Shown: positions 20,578 to 31,482 of the stretch, piece after piece
Position numbering within the stretch: the stretch's first letter is position 1
Layout of the letters: each line of letters opens with the position of its first letter
Origin: Candidatus Helarchaeota archaeon
GTDB lineage: Archaea; Asgardarchaeota; Lokiarchaeia; Helarchaeales; RDOG01
DNA length: 64,000 bases
Assembly: GCA_019058315.1 (NCBI GenBank)
Contig: JAHPZH010000002.1
Coordinates: forward strand, 1 to 64,000
Reading direction: 5' to 3'
Notes under the pieces: model-generated
The model's input: the letters and a program-made list of their open reading frames with translations, nothing else
The model's database searches: none
Told to the model about the DNA's origin: nothing
Position numbers and translations under genes: made by a program

Positions 20578-21009
20578 ATTACACAAATTACCATCAAATC
20601 ATTAATATTAGCAATAATTTTAGGTTTTGCATCTTGGTATTGGGCATTTGTAATTGTGGGTTCTACCTATGTTGATCTAATGGGCAATCCAAAACCATTT
20701 GTTTTCGAATATTATTTGACAATGTTAATTATTAATGCTATTATTACAATTCTAGTAATTGTACTCTACATGTGGATGTATGAACAAAATAATCCTATAA
20801 TTCCAGATAGATGGGCACTGGATGCTGTTATTGTTGGCATCATTTTATGTGGAATGAATTTCTTATTGGATTCAATATTTTTTGGTCTATTTCTACACAT
20901 GAATTTAATCGCTTATTTCTGGCTCCAATCTACGACAGGATATTTTTACCCGTTAATAATTCTCGAAACCTATTTGATTGCATATTTAATTTACGGTAGA
21001 CATATCTAG
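20578..21009 (+). CDS. Membrane protein, probable ATT start
   Basis: Frame open 26 codons upstream of track start 20656, adding a TM helix; GAGGT SD 7 nt before ATT; in-frame TAG at 20560. Confidence 0.6.
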   Translation: MTQITIKSLILAIILGFASWYWAFVIVGSTYVDLMGNPKPFVFEYYLTMLIINAIITILVIVLYMWMYEQNNPIIPDRWALDAVIVGIILCGMNFLLDSIFFGLFLHMNLIAYFWLQSTTGYFYPLIILETYLIAYLIYGRHI

Positions 21010-21070
21010 CATTTATATATGTATTTAATTTTTATTTTTTTTCTAATAATATACCATCAGTAAGTATAAG

Positions 21071-21661
21071 GTGTTTGATCAAATGAAAGTTTTAGCTATA
21101 AATGGTAGTCCTCGTCCAAAAGGAAATACTACTCAATTAATTGAGATACTATTTGATGTAATTAAAGAAGAAAATAGTGAAATCCATACTGAGATGGTCC
21201 AATTAGCAGGAAAAACGATTAATTCATGTTTATCTTGTTATAAATGCTTCCAAAATAAGGATAGTAAATGTTTTCAACAGGATGATCTAAATGAAATATA
21301 TGCAAAAATGGTGGAAGCAGATGCAATCATATTGGGTTCGCCAGTTTATTTTGGAGATGCTACAGGAAAAATGAGATGCTTAATTGAGAGAGCAGGTCTT
21401 GTAGCAATGGCTAACAGAGGTGCTTTTAAAAGAAAAATAGGTGCCGCTTTGATAGCAAAAAGAAGACAAGGAGGGGCCCAAACTTGGAATACGTTGAATT
21501 TTCTATTCGGAGTTAGCGAAATGGTAATTGCATGTTCTAATCAATTAAATCTAGGAATTGGTTTGATGCCTGGCGATGTAAAAAAAGATCCTGAGGCAAA
21601 ACCAACCCTCAAGATCCTTGGAAAAAATATTGTATGGCTTTTAAGTAGACTTGTTAGTTGA
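21071..21661 (+). CDS. Iron-sulfur flavoprotein (Isf)/flavodoxin family
   Basis: INGSPRPKGNT, CLSCYKC....C, GSPVYF. Confidence 0.92.
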   Translation: MFDQMKVLAINGSPRPKGNTTQLIEILFDVIKEENSEIHTEMVQLAGKTINSCLSCYKCFQNKDSKCFQQDDLNEIYAKMVEADAIILGSPVYFGDATGKMRCLIERAGLVAMANRGAFKRKIGAALIAKRRQGGAQTWNTLNFLFGVSEMVIACSNQLNLGIGLMPGDVKKDPEAKPTLKILGKNIVWLLSRLVS

Positions 21662-22318
21662 TTATTTAAAAATCAATTTAATATTTTTTTCTTTAAATTT
21701 GCTTAATCTCTTGTCATATTCTTGTGGATGAGTATGTCCATATAAATTTAAATACCAAAGAAAATTTGCAAATGAACTATTTAATATAGTAAAATGACCG
21801 TGATGATGGTATTTAAATATCGGAATTTCTCCCGATTCAGTTTCTGCACCCAAATAAAAACAAAACGTATTTCCACTTGCATCTAAACCAAATGGTTCAA
21901 ATTTATCAACGTCCCATTTTTCAAGATCATAAGGAAGTTCTCCAAAAAAATATTCTCTCACATTTTTTCCATCATTTTCAAGCTCTTCGATTCGAGTGTC
22001 TATATCGTATCCCACTAATAAATGACTAGATTCATCTATGGGACAAACGTATCTTTGTCGTGTCCAGGAAAATATTATACCATTATGCCTTTCTAGAAAA
22101 AATTTTAGAGGTGCTGGTCTATATCCTAACCTTTCCTTTAAATCCTTGATCTCCGTTTCACTAGGAGGAGGTTTCAAGATAAAAACATTTTTATGTGGTG
22201 TATAATCCTCCCAAAATTTGATTGCTTCTTCTAAATTATCAGGCCAGCGATCTGGCCAAGGAAATGCTTCATTTATTTTTAAATGATCAGGATCCAGGGG
22301 TGTAGACATTTCAATCAC
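21662..22318 (-). CDS. SMI1/KNR4 (SUKH) family protein
   Basis: PPSETEIKDLKERLG..P..LKFFLERHNG, FGLDASGNTFC, SSFANFL. Confidence 0.8.
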   Translation of the reverse strand: MIEMSTPLDPDHLKINEAFPWPDRWPDNLEEAIKFWEDYTPHKNVFILKPPPSETEIKDLKERLGYRPAPLKFFLERHNGIIFSWTRQRYVCPIDESSHLLVGYDIDTRIEELENDGKNVREYFFGELPYDLEKWDVDKFEPFGLDASGNTFCFYLGAETESGEIPIFKYHHHGHFTILNSSFANFLWYLNLYGHTHPQEYDKRLSKFKEKNIKLIFK

Positions 22319-22385
22319 AATTAATCGATTTTATTTAACTAAAATATTTATTTCTGATAATTAAATATTTATTTCTATTATTATA

Positions 22386-22607
22386 TTATCTTAATTTCTC
22401 TCTTTTCATAGTCTTAATAAAATCCGTTAACCATTCTTCCCTCTCGCCATTATCAAACATTACAATGTCTTTTAATAGTAATTTTTTTTCCATTTCTGGT
22501 AATTTAAGATTGTTAACTCTCTTTATAATATTTTGAGATATCACACTAAGGGATTTTTTCGATTTTATTGATTCGAAATCATTCTCAATTATTTTATTGT
22601 TTGCCAA
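22386..22607 (-). CDS. Small hypothetical protein
   Basis: 73-aa ORF, charged helical composition. Confidence 0.5.
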   Translation of the reverse strand: MANNKIIENDFESIKSKKSLSVISQNIIKRVNNLKLPEMEKKLLLKDIVMFDNGEREEWLTDFIKTMKREKLR

Positions 22608-22744
22608 TTGGACCCCAAAGTCAATAAATTTTAACTAATCAATACTATCTTAAAAGTAGAAAATATGTCTGTACTTTAAATTGATTGTAAAAATTAAAAT
22701 TAATAGGGGTCAATTTTGTGCCTTAAATTTAATATCAAAAATAT

Positions 22745-23665
22745 TTATCGCCTATAGCTGTTATAGATATCAACTTTCCTTCTTTCAATAAAATAAATTA
22801 ATATTGTTACCAAAGTCCCAATAATAGCAGTTATTATCTGACTTATGAGTATTAAAAGGTCATAATTATAAAATAATTCAATATTTTCAATAGTGATAGT
22901 TCTATTTAATGTAAAATTAAGGAAATTTGGCTGCATTATAAAAAGAATAATCCAAATTATATCATCATTTTGATAAAAAACAACAATCATAGGGATTACT
23001 CCCAATGCAAAAATGGTAGAGGGAATTGCTAAGTGGTAATATTTTTTTGCATATTTATTAGTGATAATTCCAATAATGAACAGAATAATTGAAATTACTA
23101 AATATGTAAGATAAGATATTTCATATGCATAAAAACCATAAGGAACTCTAGCTTGATTAAGATCCCAAAATAGACGAATTCCTAACAAAAAAGAAAATCC
23201 TATATAAGACCAATCGTAGACTAAATTGATAACTAATTGAATAACAACAAGCATTTTAATAGTCTTAAAAACATCCTTGGTCTTTAAATAAGTCACTCCA
23301 ATTATTGTATAAGGAATTAGAATAAACTCAATCCACAAATCAAAATTAGTTAAAAAAGTTACTTTAATTGGATTTACGATTGTAAAATTATAAGTAACAA
23401 CGACCATTGAAAAAATTAAAAGCCAAAAAATAAGGAAAAAGGAATAACCTTCATTTAATTTTAAAATTACTTTATCCCCAGAAATTTCTCCATCTATTTC
23501 GTCTGAAATTAAAATCTCTTCAACTAAATCCTGCACAATTTGTTTATCAATATTAAGTTTATATGCTATTCTTTCAAATGTTATTTCTTTGTATATTCTC
23601 TTTGATAAAATAGCCTTTACTTCATTTTTTAATTCATGGAGCTTTTTATCTTCTACATCTGTAAT
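22745..23665 (-). CDS. Membrane protein with N-terminal PCI-like winged helix, probable ATT start
   Basis: Upstream extension gives YKEITFERIAYKLNIDKQIVQDLVEEILISDEIDGEISGD; AGGTGA SD; followed by about 6 TM helices. Confidence 0.65.
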   Translation of the reverse strand: MTDVEDKKLHELKNEVKAILSKRIYKEITFERIAYKLNIDKQIVQDLVEEILISDEIDGEISGDKVILKLNEGYSFFLIFWLLIFSMVVVTYNFTIVNPIKVTFLTNFDLWIEFILIPYTIIGVTYLKTKDVFKTIKMLVVIQLVINLVYDWSYIGFSFLLGIRLFWDLNQARVPYGFYAYEISYLTYLVISIILFIIGIITNKYAKKYYHLAIPSTIFALGVIPMIVVFYQNDDIIWIILFIMQPNFLNFTLNRTITIENIELFYNYDLLILISQIITAIIGTLVTILIYFIERRKVDIYNSYRR

Positions 23666-23807
23666 TTTTAATACTCACCTTGTATTTATTTTAGCTAAAA
23701 TACTATTTTGGTATGGATTTATTAAATAGGGTATATTAAAAGGCATTTATGATTAATTTATAATTCTTCTTTATTATCAAAAAAAATTAGCAATTATAGA
23801 GATTAAA

Positions 23808-24374
23808 ATGAGTGATACAAAGAAACATCATAACTGGGGTGCAGATATGATCATTGAACGTTTGTGGGTAGGTAGTATCAAGTCATCGATGAATGCAGAT
23901 GCAATTAAGGAACATTGTATTACGCATATTATTAATTGTTCACATGAGCTTCCATGTAGATTTCCTGATCAATTCGAATATCTCCATATCAAGCTTTATG
24001 ATCAGACACACCAGAACATCATCTCTACATTCCCCCACGCTATTTCCTTTATTAATTATGCATACGAAAATAATGGTTCTGTCCTCATTCACTGTGCTAA
24101 CGGCTCTAGCCGTAGTGGTAGCATAGCAATTGCTTTCTTACTTTCAAAAAACTTGGACAAAAAGGAAAAAACTCAAGGAATATTGGGTGAAATATTAGCG
24201 TTTGTACAGGCGAAAAGACCTAAAATTCAACCCAATCCCGGTTTTTTAGAACAACTACAATTATATGAAACTTGGGGTTGTTCATTACCTTCTAAATTTA
24301 CCCCAGAACAACAAGAAAAGTTAAAATTCTATCGTCTAAAAGCTAAAATCTCGTTTATTAAAAAGTCAAATTAA
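23808..24374 (+). CDS. Dual-specificity protein phosphatase, eukaryote-like
   Basis: LWVGS, ITHIINC, VLIHCANGSSRS (CX5R), KRPKIQPNPGFLEQL. Confidence 0.93.
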   Translation: MSDTKKHHNWGADMIIERLWVGSIKSSMNADAIKEHCITHIINCSHELPCRFPDQFEYLHIKLYDQTHQNIISTFPHAISFINYAYENNGSVLIHCANGSSRSGSIAIAFLLSKNLDKKEKTQGILGEILAFVQAKRPKIQPNPGFLEQLQLYETWGCSLPSKFTPEQQEKLKFYRLKAKISFIKKSN

Positions 24375-24411
24375 TAAATTCAAGTTAATTTTTCAATTCT
24401 TTTATTTCAAA

Positions 24412-26076
24412 TTGGAGTCAAGAAAAATGAAATCAATCGAAGAAATAACAGGTCCGCGTTTATATGACTATATGATGGATTTTATCAAAATTGGCTGGCG
24501 AAGAGCGGGAACTAAAGAACATCATGAAGCAGCAAATTTTATTTTAAAGAAATTAAATGAATTTGGATTTGAAAATACTAGATTAGAACCATTTGAAATG
24601 CTCTTCTATGATCCTAAAAAATGGGAATTAACGGTAAAATGTGATTCTTTATCAAATAAGGAAATAAAAATTGAATGTTTTCCTTTTTGGCATACTAAAG
24701 CATCAGATGAGGGTGGAACTGAAGCAGAGATAGTTCATGTAGGCTGGGGAACTCCAAAAGAATTTAAAAGGCAAGATGTTCGTGGTAAAATTGTTCTGAT
24801 CGATTCTAACCGTATGATGTCTTTTTATCCGACCATGGATTTTCATAGGTCCTATGAAAGAGCAAGAAAAGATGGTGCTCTTGGTTTAATTTCAATTGAT
24901 GACCCTCCTCCTAATACAATTTTTGCTGAATATGCAACAAGACATCAAACTTTTAAAGATTCAAATCTTGAGAGTGGTTCAATTCCAGCTCTACATATCG
25001 GTTTTGAATCAGGAAATTACTTAAAAGCTTTACTCCAAACGGAAGAAAAAATTGAAGTTAACTTGCTTTTAGATTCGGAAATCAAACCTGCAATGACTGA
25101 TAATTTAATTGGAACCTTACCTGGTAAAAAAGAGGATGAAATAATATTGATTGGAACTCATATCGATTCCTGGTTCGATGGTGCCATAGATAATGCCGGA
25201 GCAAATGCTGGGTTCATAGAACTTGCTAATTTTTACAGCCAAATTGACCGAAATGATAGGCAAAAAACAATGATATTTGCCGGATTTGCAGGACATGAAA
25301 ATGGTTCTATTGGTGTAATCGATTTTGCTGGGAAACATAAGGATTGGTTTAATAAAATAGCAACATTTTGTATGCTAGATGGCTTCGGTTCTAAAGGATA
25401 TATTCTTGAAAGTCCAAGTAGAGGAGTGGTAGGAACTGGTTTGGATGAAGCTAAAGCTTTATTCACTACGAATAATCAAATTCTCTATGATATAATTTAT
25501 GAAGCAGTCGTTAAACATGAACTTATACATTGTTGTCCAATGTCGCATGTAAATGCGGTAATGGGACCATTTTCTGATTTAGGACCTTTAGTCGCAAATA
25601 ATGTCCCTAGTATAATGATAATTGGAAAAGGGATATTTTATCATACTATTGAAGATACAGCGGACAAGGTCTTACCCGAACAATTAGAACGAACAACAAG
25701 AGTTCATGTTGAGATTTTGAATAAACTACATCAGACACCAACTATTACAATAAGAAATGCTGATAGAAAAGGAATAAATTTACCAAAAAAGCCTGATCCC
25801 AGTAAACGTGGGTCAGTATATTTCAATTTTAATATTACTCCAAATCCGGTGGTTAAAGGCACTACAGCTCTTATGTATTTAACTTCTTATATTTGTACTG
25901 ATAGAATTATAATTGATAATAAATGGAATATAGATACATTAGAACTTCATGCAGGGATTTGTCCGTATAGATTTCGACAAATTGGTAAGCATAAAGTTAA
26001 ACTTACCTTAATAGATAACTATGGCAATGAATATTCTTCAGAAAAATATGTATATGTTATAAAAAAACCTGATTAA
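24412..26076 (+). CDS. M28 peptidase with PA domain and PKD-like C-terminus
   Basis: GTHIDS, GAIDNAG, GHENG, SD, YHTIEDT. Confidence 0.88.
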   Translation: MESRKMKSIEEITGPRLYDYMMDFIKIGWRRAGTKEHHEAANFILKKLNEFGFENTRLEPFEMLFYDPKKWELTVKCDSLSNKEIKIECFPFWHTKASDEGGTEAEIVHVGWGTPKEFKRQDVRGKIVLIDSNRMMSFYPTMDFHRSYERARKDGALGLISIDDPPPNTIFAEYATRHQTFKDSNLESGSIPALHIGFESGNYLKALLQTEEKIEVNLLLDSEIKPAMTDNLIGTLPGKKEDEIILIGTHIDSWFDGAIDNAGANAGFIELANFYSQIDRNDRQKTMIFAGFAGHENGSIGVIDFAGKHKDWFNKIATFCMLDGFGSKGYILESPSRGVVGTGLDEAKALFTTNNQILYDIIYEAVVKHELIHCCPMSHVNAVMGPFSDLGPLVANNVPSIMIIGKGIFYHTIEDTADKVLPEQLERTTRVHVEILNKLHQTPTITIRNADRKGINLPKKPDPSKRGSVYFNFNITPNPVVKGTTALMYLTSYICTDRIIIDNKWNIDTLELHAGICPYRFRQIGKHKVKLTLIDNYGNEYSSEKYVYVIKKPD

Positions 26077-26118
26077 AAAACAAAATATATTCTTTGACTT
26101 GCAATATGAACTGGATGA

Positions 26119-27186
26119 TTGATTGTAGTCATATTTGATATTAAAAGACTTAATATTGAACAAATTATCCAAAGTTTTATTTTCTCTTTATTCGATGAAA
26201 ATTCAATGCAAAATGATAATCTTAAGAAAGGTTTTATCTACGGAACAATAATGGTTATTCTAGTAGGTCTTCAACCCATTATTGCAAATTCAAGACCAGC
26301 AATGCTAGATGCATATATATTTGCAGCTATGACATGCATTATACAAGCTCTAATTTTTTTTCCGATAATGAGAATAGAAAAGAATACAATTGAATCTTGT
26401 AAAGAAGATAATCCAGAAGAAAAAAGTGAACCAAATACTCTTCTTTATGTTTGGAAAAAGCATAAACGCATTTTGATTTATATTGGAATTAATTTTTCAG
26501 TTTCACAATTCTTATTTTACTTAGGATTTGAACTTGCTGGATCAATTAATGGAGCATTAGCACAAAAAACTACAGTAATTTTTGGCTTATTATTTGGGTA
26601 TCTAATAAATAAAGAAGAAGTAAGCAAAACACAGATATTATTTTCATTTATTCTCCTATTTGGAGTAACACTGGCCATAACTGAGGGTTCATTAAATTTA
26701 CTTGAGTTTAATGTGGGCGTACTAATAATGTTTATTACAACTTCTTTATGGATGTTAGCCCATGCTATTACTAAGCCTTTATTAGCTAATAATGAAGCTA
26801 CACCAGTTCAGCTTGTTTTTATACGAAATGGGTTAAGTGGGATTATTCTAATCAGCTCATATTTTTCATTTTATTTTATTTTTCAGCCTATTTTATTCCC
26901 AGAAAAAATTAATCTCCTCATTGATCCAATTAATATAATTTTTTTTATAGCAATGGGAGTAATTTATGGATTTGATTTATATTGCTGGTATAAACTTATC
27001 TGTTTTGTGGAGGTTTCAAAAGCATCTGTTATTGCCTCTCCTACACCAATAGTCACAGCCTTTTTCGCAATATTTATTGGAGAGATTTTTACAATTTTTC
27101 ATTTATTGGGATTAATTATTATTATTATTTCAATTTATATTATAGTTAGAGAGAAAAAGGAAGGTTTGGATGGTGGAATTCAATAA
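26119..27186 (+). CDS. EamA/DMT family transporter
   Basis: Two EamA-like halves, about 10 TM; real start likely MQNDNLKK. Confidence 0.85.
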   Translation: MIVVIFDIKRLNIEQIIQSFIFSLFDENSMQNDNLKKGFIYGTIMVILVGLQPIIANSRPAMLDAYIFAAMTCIIQALIFFPIMRIEKNTIESCKEDNPEEKSEPNTLLYVWKKHKRILIYIGINFSVSQFLFYLGFELAGSINGALAQKTTVIFGLLFGYLINKEEVSKTQILFSFILLFGVTLAITEGSLNLLEFNVGVLIMFITTSLWMLAHAITKPLLANNEATPVQLVFIRNGLSGIILISSYFSFYFIFQPILFPEKINLLIDPINIIFFIAMGVIYGFDLYCWYKLICFVEVSKASVIASPTPIVTAFFAIFIGEIFTIFHLLGLIIIIISIYIIVREKKEGLDGGIQ

Positions 27187-27703
27187 AAAAATAAAAGAAC
27201 GTTTCAGTATAAGAAAATTTAAATCAGATAACATTCCTGATGAATTAGTTAAAGAAATTCTTGAAAATGCGCGATGGGCACCTTCCGGTCTTAATAATCA
27301 ACCTTGGAAATTTGTTATAATTAAGGATTCACAAATTAAAGAGGAAGTTGCGTCACAAACTCATTATTCTCAAATAATTAGTAATGCACCACTTTGTATT
27401 GCTGTATTCTATGATAAAGATGTAGGATATAATTATGTAAAAGATGTACAAGCAATTGGTGCTGCAATTCAAAACATGCTCCTGGCTATTCATAATCTAA
27501 ATTTGGGAGGAGTTTGGCTTGGTGAAATTTTAAACAAAAGGCAGGAAGTAGAACGGATTTTAAACGTCCCTGAGAGTTTTGAACTCATGGCTGTTGTAGC
27601 TTTAGGATATTCCACTGAAAAAAAAGCAAAAAGATCCCGTAAATCACTCTCTGAATTAGTATATTTAAATAAGTATGACCATAAATGGATTGTATCTGAT
27701 TAA
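27170..27703 (+). CDS. Nitroreductase family protein
   Basis: RFSIRKF, APSGLNNQPW, QNMLLA. Confidence 0.93.
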   Translation: MVEFNKKIKERFSIRKFKSDNIPDELVKEILENARWAPSGLNNQPWKFVIIKDSQIKEEVASQTHYSQIISNAPLCIAVFYDKDVGYNYVKDVQAIGAAIQNMLLAIHNLNLGGVWLGEILNKRQEVERILNVPESFELMAVVALGYSTEKKAKRSRKSLSELVYLNKYDHKWIVSD

Positions 27704-28115
27704 AAATAAAAGATTTAAAATGAAACCTACTAAAATCAAATTTATTACAAAATTAGGGGAAATAATTACGGAACTTAGGGGAGATCATAATCCAAAGACA
27801 GTTGATGCTATTCTTGAATACCTCCCAATGACATATAAAGTCCCGATTCAAGTCTGGGGTGAGGAAGTCTTTTTTTATCTTCAAGATTCATTAAAATCAA
27901 TTGGTTACGAAAATACTCAAATTGAATTAGAAATTGGAGACATTGCATTTTGGCCTCGGGACCCTGCATGTTGTTTATTTTTTGGAAAAACTCCATTATC
28001 TAAAGATGAAAAACCTGTGGCAGCAGAGCCTGTTAATGTTTTTGCAAAAATAATTCAAGGAATCGAAATTTTACCCAAATTAAAAGATGCAGATTTAATT
28101 TTAATGGAAAAATAG
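27675..28115 (+). CDS. Cyclophilin-like fold protein
   Basis: PKTV, WGEEVFF, GDIAFWP, FFGKTP; start likely MKPTK (27720). Confidence 0.85.
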   Translation: MTINGLYLIKNKRFKMKPTKIKFITKLGEIITELRGDHNPKTVDAILEYLPMTYKVPIQVWGEEVFFYLQDSLKSIGYENTQIELEIGDIAFWPRDPACCLFFGKTPLSKDEKPVAAEPVNVFAKIIQGIEILPKLKDADLILMEK

Positions 28116-28123
28116 AATAAAAA

Positions 28124-28864
28124 ATGGTGAAATCCATGGATCCAAAAAAAGATGCTTATGGTCAAGAAATTTGGGCACAGTTTAAGGGAAGAGAAAGCTT
28201 TGAAATAGTGGAGAGAGATGATGGCTATTTTGGAGCTTCAGGAGGAGTTAAAACTTACTTTTTCAAGTATGAAGAATGGCAGGAACATGAAAAAAAAGCA
28301 ATAAAATTTGCTAAAGGTAAAATACTAGATATCGGTTGTGGAGCTGGTAGACATAGTCTCTATCTTCAAGAGAATGGTTTTGATGTTTTAGGAATAGATA
28401 AATCTCCACTTGCCATTAAAACTTGTAAAAAAAGGGGTTTAAAAAAAGCAAGAGTCTTATCAATAGATGAAATTGAAAAACTCAAGCCAGATAGTTTTGA
28501 TACTATAATTATGCTTGGCAATAACTTTGGCCTTTTTGGTAGCTTTAATAAAGCAAAAATATTATTGAAAAAATTCTCCAATATTACTTCCCAAAACGCC
28601 ATAATCATCGCAGAAACAAGAGATCCTTATAAAACTGATAATCCTATGCATCTTGAATATCAGGAATTTAATAGAAATAGAGGTCGGATGTCAGGACAAC
28701 TAAGAATTAGGATACGGTTTGAAAAGTATGTTGGAGAATGGTTTGATTACTTAATGGTTTCTCAAAAAGAAATGAAAGAGATTCTTGAAGGAACTGGTTG
28801 GAAAATTAAACAATTTATTGAATCTAAAAATTCGAATTATATAGTAATTATTGAAAAAATTTAG
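28124..28864 (+). CDS. Class I SAM-dependent methyltransferase
   Basis: [23 protein letters not shown]. Confidence 0.92.
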   Translation: MVKSMDPKKDAYGQEIWAQFKGRESFEIVERDDGYFGASGGVKTYFFKYEEWQEHEKKAIKFAKGKILDIGCGAGRHSLYLQENGFDVLGIDKSPLAIKTCKKRGLKKARVLSIDEIEKLKPDSFDTIIMLGNNFGLFGSFNKAKILLKKFSNITSQNAIIIAETRDPYKTDNPMHLEYQEFNRNRGRMSGQLRIRIRFEKYVGEWFDYLMVSQKEMKEILEGTGWKIKQFIESKNSNYIVIIEKI

Positions 28865-28915
28865 ATAACAATTGTGAAGAATTTCTAATTGACTCTATTA
28901 TAAATGGGGTTTAAG

Positions 28916-29491
28916 CTACAATTTTTGATTAAATTTATCAATAAAAACAAATTCTTCTATTTTTTTACGAGGGGGTCTATTTTTTTCACCTAATTTCATA
29001 AGGTCAGATAGTACTGGGTTTATTTCTTCAGACCGCTTACCAACATTTACAAGAGTAATAAGACGCATTTCATTAGGAATTCCTAGAGCGTCTTTTGCTT
29101 TTTCTTCATCAAATCCTGCAATAGGATGTGCCACAAGGTTTAATTCTGTTGCTCTAAGAATAATAAAAGCTGTTGCTAAACCTATGTCAAATAGATAGTA
29201 AATTCTTTCTTTTATTTGGCAATCATAATCAGGTTTGCTAAAGACTGCGATGATTAATGATGCTTTTTCAACCCATTTATTACCAGAGGTTAGAGCAGGA
29301 TATAATTTCTTTAAAATTTCCTTATCACGAACAAATATATATCTCCATGGCTGATTATTCATGCAAGATGGTGCCAATTGAGCAGATTCTGCTAAATCTT
29401 TAATTAAACTGTCTGAAATATCAATAGGATCAAACGATCTGTATGCTCTTCTATTTTTTATAGCTTCTTTTACATCCAAAAAAATCACCAT
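28916..29491 (-). CDS. Nitroreductase family protein
   Basis: RRAYRSF, APSCMNNQPW, HPIAGF. Confidence 0.93.
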   Translation of the reverse strand: MVIFLDVKEAIKNRRAYRSFDPIDISDSLIKDLAESAQLAPSCMNNQPWRYIFVRDKEILKKLYPALTSGNKWVEKASLIIAVFSKPDYDCQIKERIYYLFDIGLATAFIILRATELNLVAHPIAGFDEEKAKDALGIPNEMRLITLVNVGKRSEEINPVLSDLMKLGEKNRPPRKKIEEFVFIDKFNQKL

Positions 29492-29568
29492 AATTATATT
29501 TTGGGAATTAAATAACTCTCTAATAATATAAAGTAAAAGAAAGTTATAAGGAACTAGCCTGAAAATAT

Positions 29569-31479
29569 ATGGGTGTTTTTTTGATAGAACATGATTATAT
29601 GATTAAACCAGTATTATTTAACAAAGTTAAAATCCGTGATAATTTTTGGGCACCCAGAATTGAGACCAATCATAAGATAACAATTCCATATTTATTCGAA
29701 AAAAGTGAGGAAAATGGACGTATTGATCTTTTTTTAAAAGCAGCTGGGACGATTGTTGATGACATAAAAATAAATATGACATTTGAAGATTCAGATGTAT
29801 ATAAGATTATTGAAGGTGTAGCGTATATATTAAGCAAAGAATCCGATCCTAAGCTCGAAAGATACGTTGATGATATTATTAAAAAAATAGCTGCTGCTCA
29901 AGAAAAAGATGGATATCTTTTTCCAGCAAGAGCAATTAATCCAGAAAAACCTCCCATATTTGCAGGAAAAAAACGATGGGAGAAAGTTACTGAATTGAGT
30001 CATGAATTATACAATATGGGTCATTTATATGAAAGTGCTGTAGCTTATTATCAAGCAACTAATAAACGTAATCTACTAGATATTGCAATTAAAAATGCTA
30101 ATTTAGTCGATGAAGTATTTGGACCAGGAAAAAATGAAGATTATCCTGGACATCAAGAAATTGAGATTGGATTAGTTCGTCTATATCGTGTAACTGGAAA
30201 TGAAAAATATCTAAAACTAGCAAAATTTTTACTTGACACTCGTGGTCCAAATGGTGCTAAATATAACCAGGCACATAAGAAAGTAATTGACCAAGATGAA
30301 GCAGTAGGTCATGCTGTAAGAGCTACATATATGTATTCTGGTATGGCAGATGTGGCAGCATTGACAAATAATAAAGATTATCTAAAAGCGTTAGATCGTA
30401 TTTGGAATAATGTTGTTTCAAAAAAACTATATATAACTGGAGGAATTGGAGCGAAAAGATCGGAGGAAGCCTTTGGTCCTAATTACAAATTACCAAACCT
30501 AAAAACATACTGTGAAACATGTGCTGCTATTGGTAATATATTTTGGAATCATCGAATGTTTTTATTATATGGAGATGTAAAATATATTGATGTTTTAGAA
30601 CGGACTTTATATAATGGCTTCTTATCAGGCATATCATTGGACGGAAAATCATTCTTTTATCCCAATCCACTCGCATCTAAAGGAAAATATGGTCGCAGTG
30701 GATGGTTTTTTGTAACTTGTTGCCCTACTAACATTGTAAGATTTATACCCTCGATTCCTGGTTTTATTTATGCTCAAAAAAATAAAACAATATTTGTTAA
30801 TCTCTTTGTTAGTAATGAAGCTACAATGTCTCTAGATACAGAAAATAAAATAAATATTACTCAAGAGTCCAAATATCCTTGGGAAGGAGTGGTTAGGATT
30901 AAAATTAATCCTGAAAAAAATGAAGAATTCACAATTGCAATTCGTATTCCAGGTTGGATCCAAAATCAGCCAGTCCCGAGCGATTTATATGCTTATCTAG
31001 ATAAAAATGATTCAAAAGTTAGTCTATCAGTTAATGGTGAGCTAAAAGATCTTATAATTGAAAAAGGATTCGCTCAAATTCAACGTAAATGGAACAAAGG
31101 GGATGAAATCGAGCTAATTTTACCAATGCAAATTAGACGTGTAATATCTCATGCAAAAGTTAAGGCAAATGCTGGAATGGTGGCTCTTGAGCGGGGTCCA
31201 ATCGTCTATTGTGTTGAATCGGTTGATAATAAGGTTGAACATGTGTTTAATTTACTATTAGATGATAATGCTGAACTTAATTCTGAATACCATAAAGATA
31301 TGCTTAATGGAATAGTAGTTATAAAGGGCACTATTCATTATATTGAACATCCCGAAGATAAAAATAAATTAATCAAAAAAGAAAAGGATTTCCTCGCGAT
31401 TCCTTATTATGCATGGGCTCATCGCGGAGATGGTGAAATGACCGTCTGGATGCTACGTGATCTGAAAGTTTTCAAGTAA
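29569..31479 (+). CDS. Glycoside hydrolase family 127 (beta-L-arabinofuranosidase-like)
   Basis: DSDVYK, HELY, GHQEIE, GHAVR, YCETCA, CCPTN. Confidence 0.93.
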   Translation: MGVFLIEHDYMIKPVLFNKVKIRDNFWAPRIETNHKITIPYLFEKSEENGRIDLFLKAAGTIVDDIKINMTFEDSDVYKIIEGVAYILSKESDPKLERYVDDIIKKIAAAQEKDGYLFPARAINPEKPPIFAGKKRWEKVTELSHELYNMGHLYESAVAYYQATNKRNLLDIAIKNANLVDEVFGPGKNEDYPGHQEIEIGLVRLYRVTGNEKYLKLAKFLLDTRGPNGAKYNQAHKKVIDQDEAVGHAVRATYMYSGMADVAALTNNKDYLKALDRIWNNVVSKKLYITGGIGAKRSEEAFGPNYKLPNLKTYCETCAAIGNIFWNHRMFLLYGDVKYIDVLERTLYNGFLSGISLDGKSFFYPNPLASKGKYGRSGWFFVTCCPTNIVRFIPSIPGFIYAQKNKTIFVNLFVSNEATMSLDTENKINITQESKYPWEGVVRIKINPEKNEEFTIAIRIPGWIQNQPVPSDLYAYLDKNDSKVSLSVNGELKDLIIEKGFAQIQRKWNKGDEIELILPMQIRRVISHAKVKANAGMVALERGPIVYCVESVDNKVEHVFNLLLDDNAELNSEYHKDMLNGIVVIKGTIHYIEHPEDKNKLIKKEKDFLAIPYYAWAHRGDGEMTVWMLRDLKVFK

Positions 31480-31482
31480 AAA

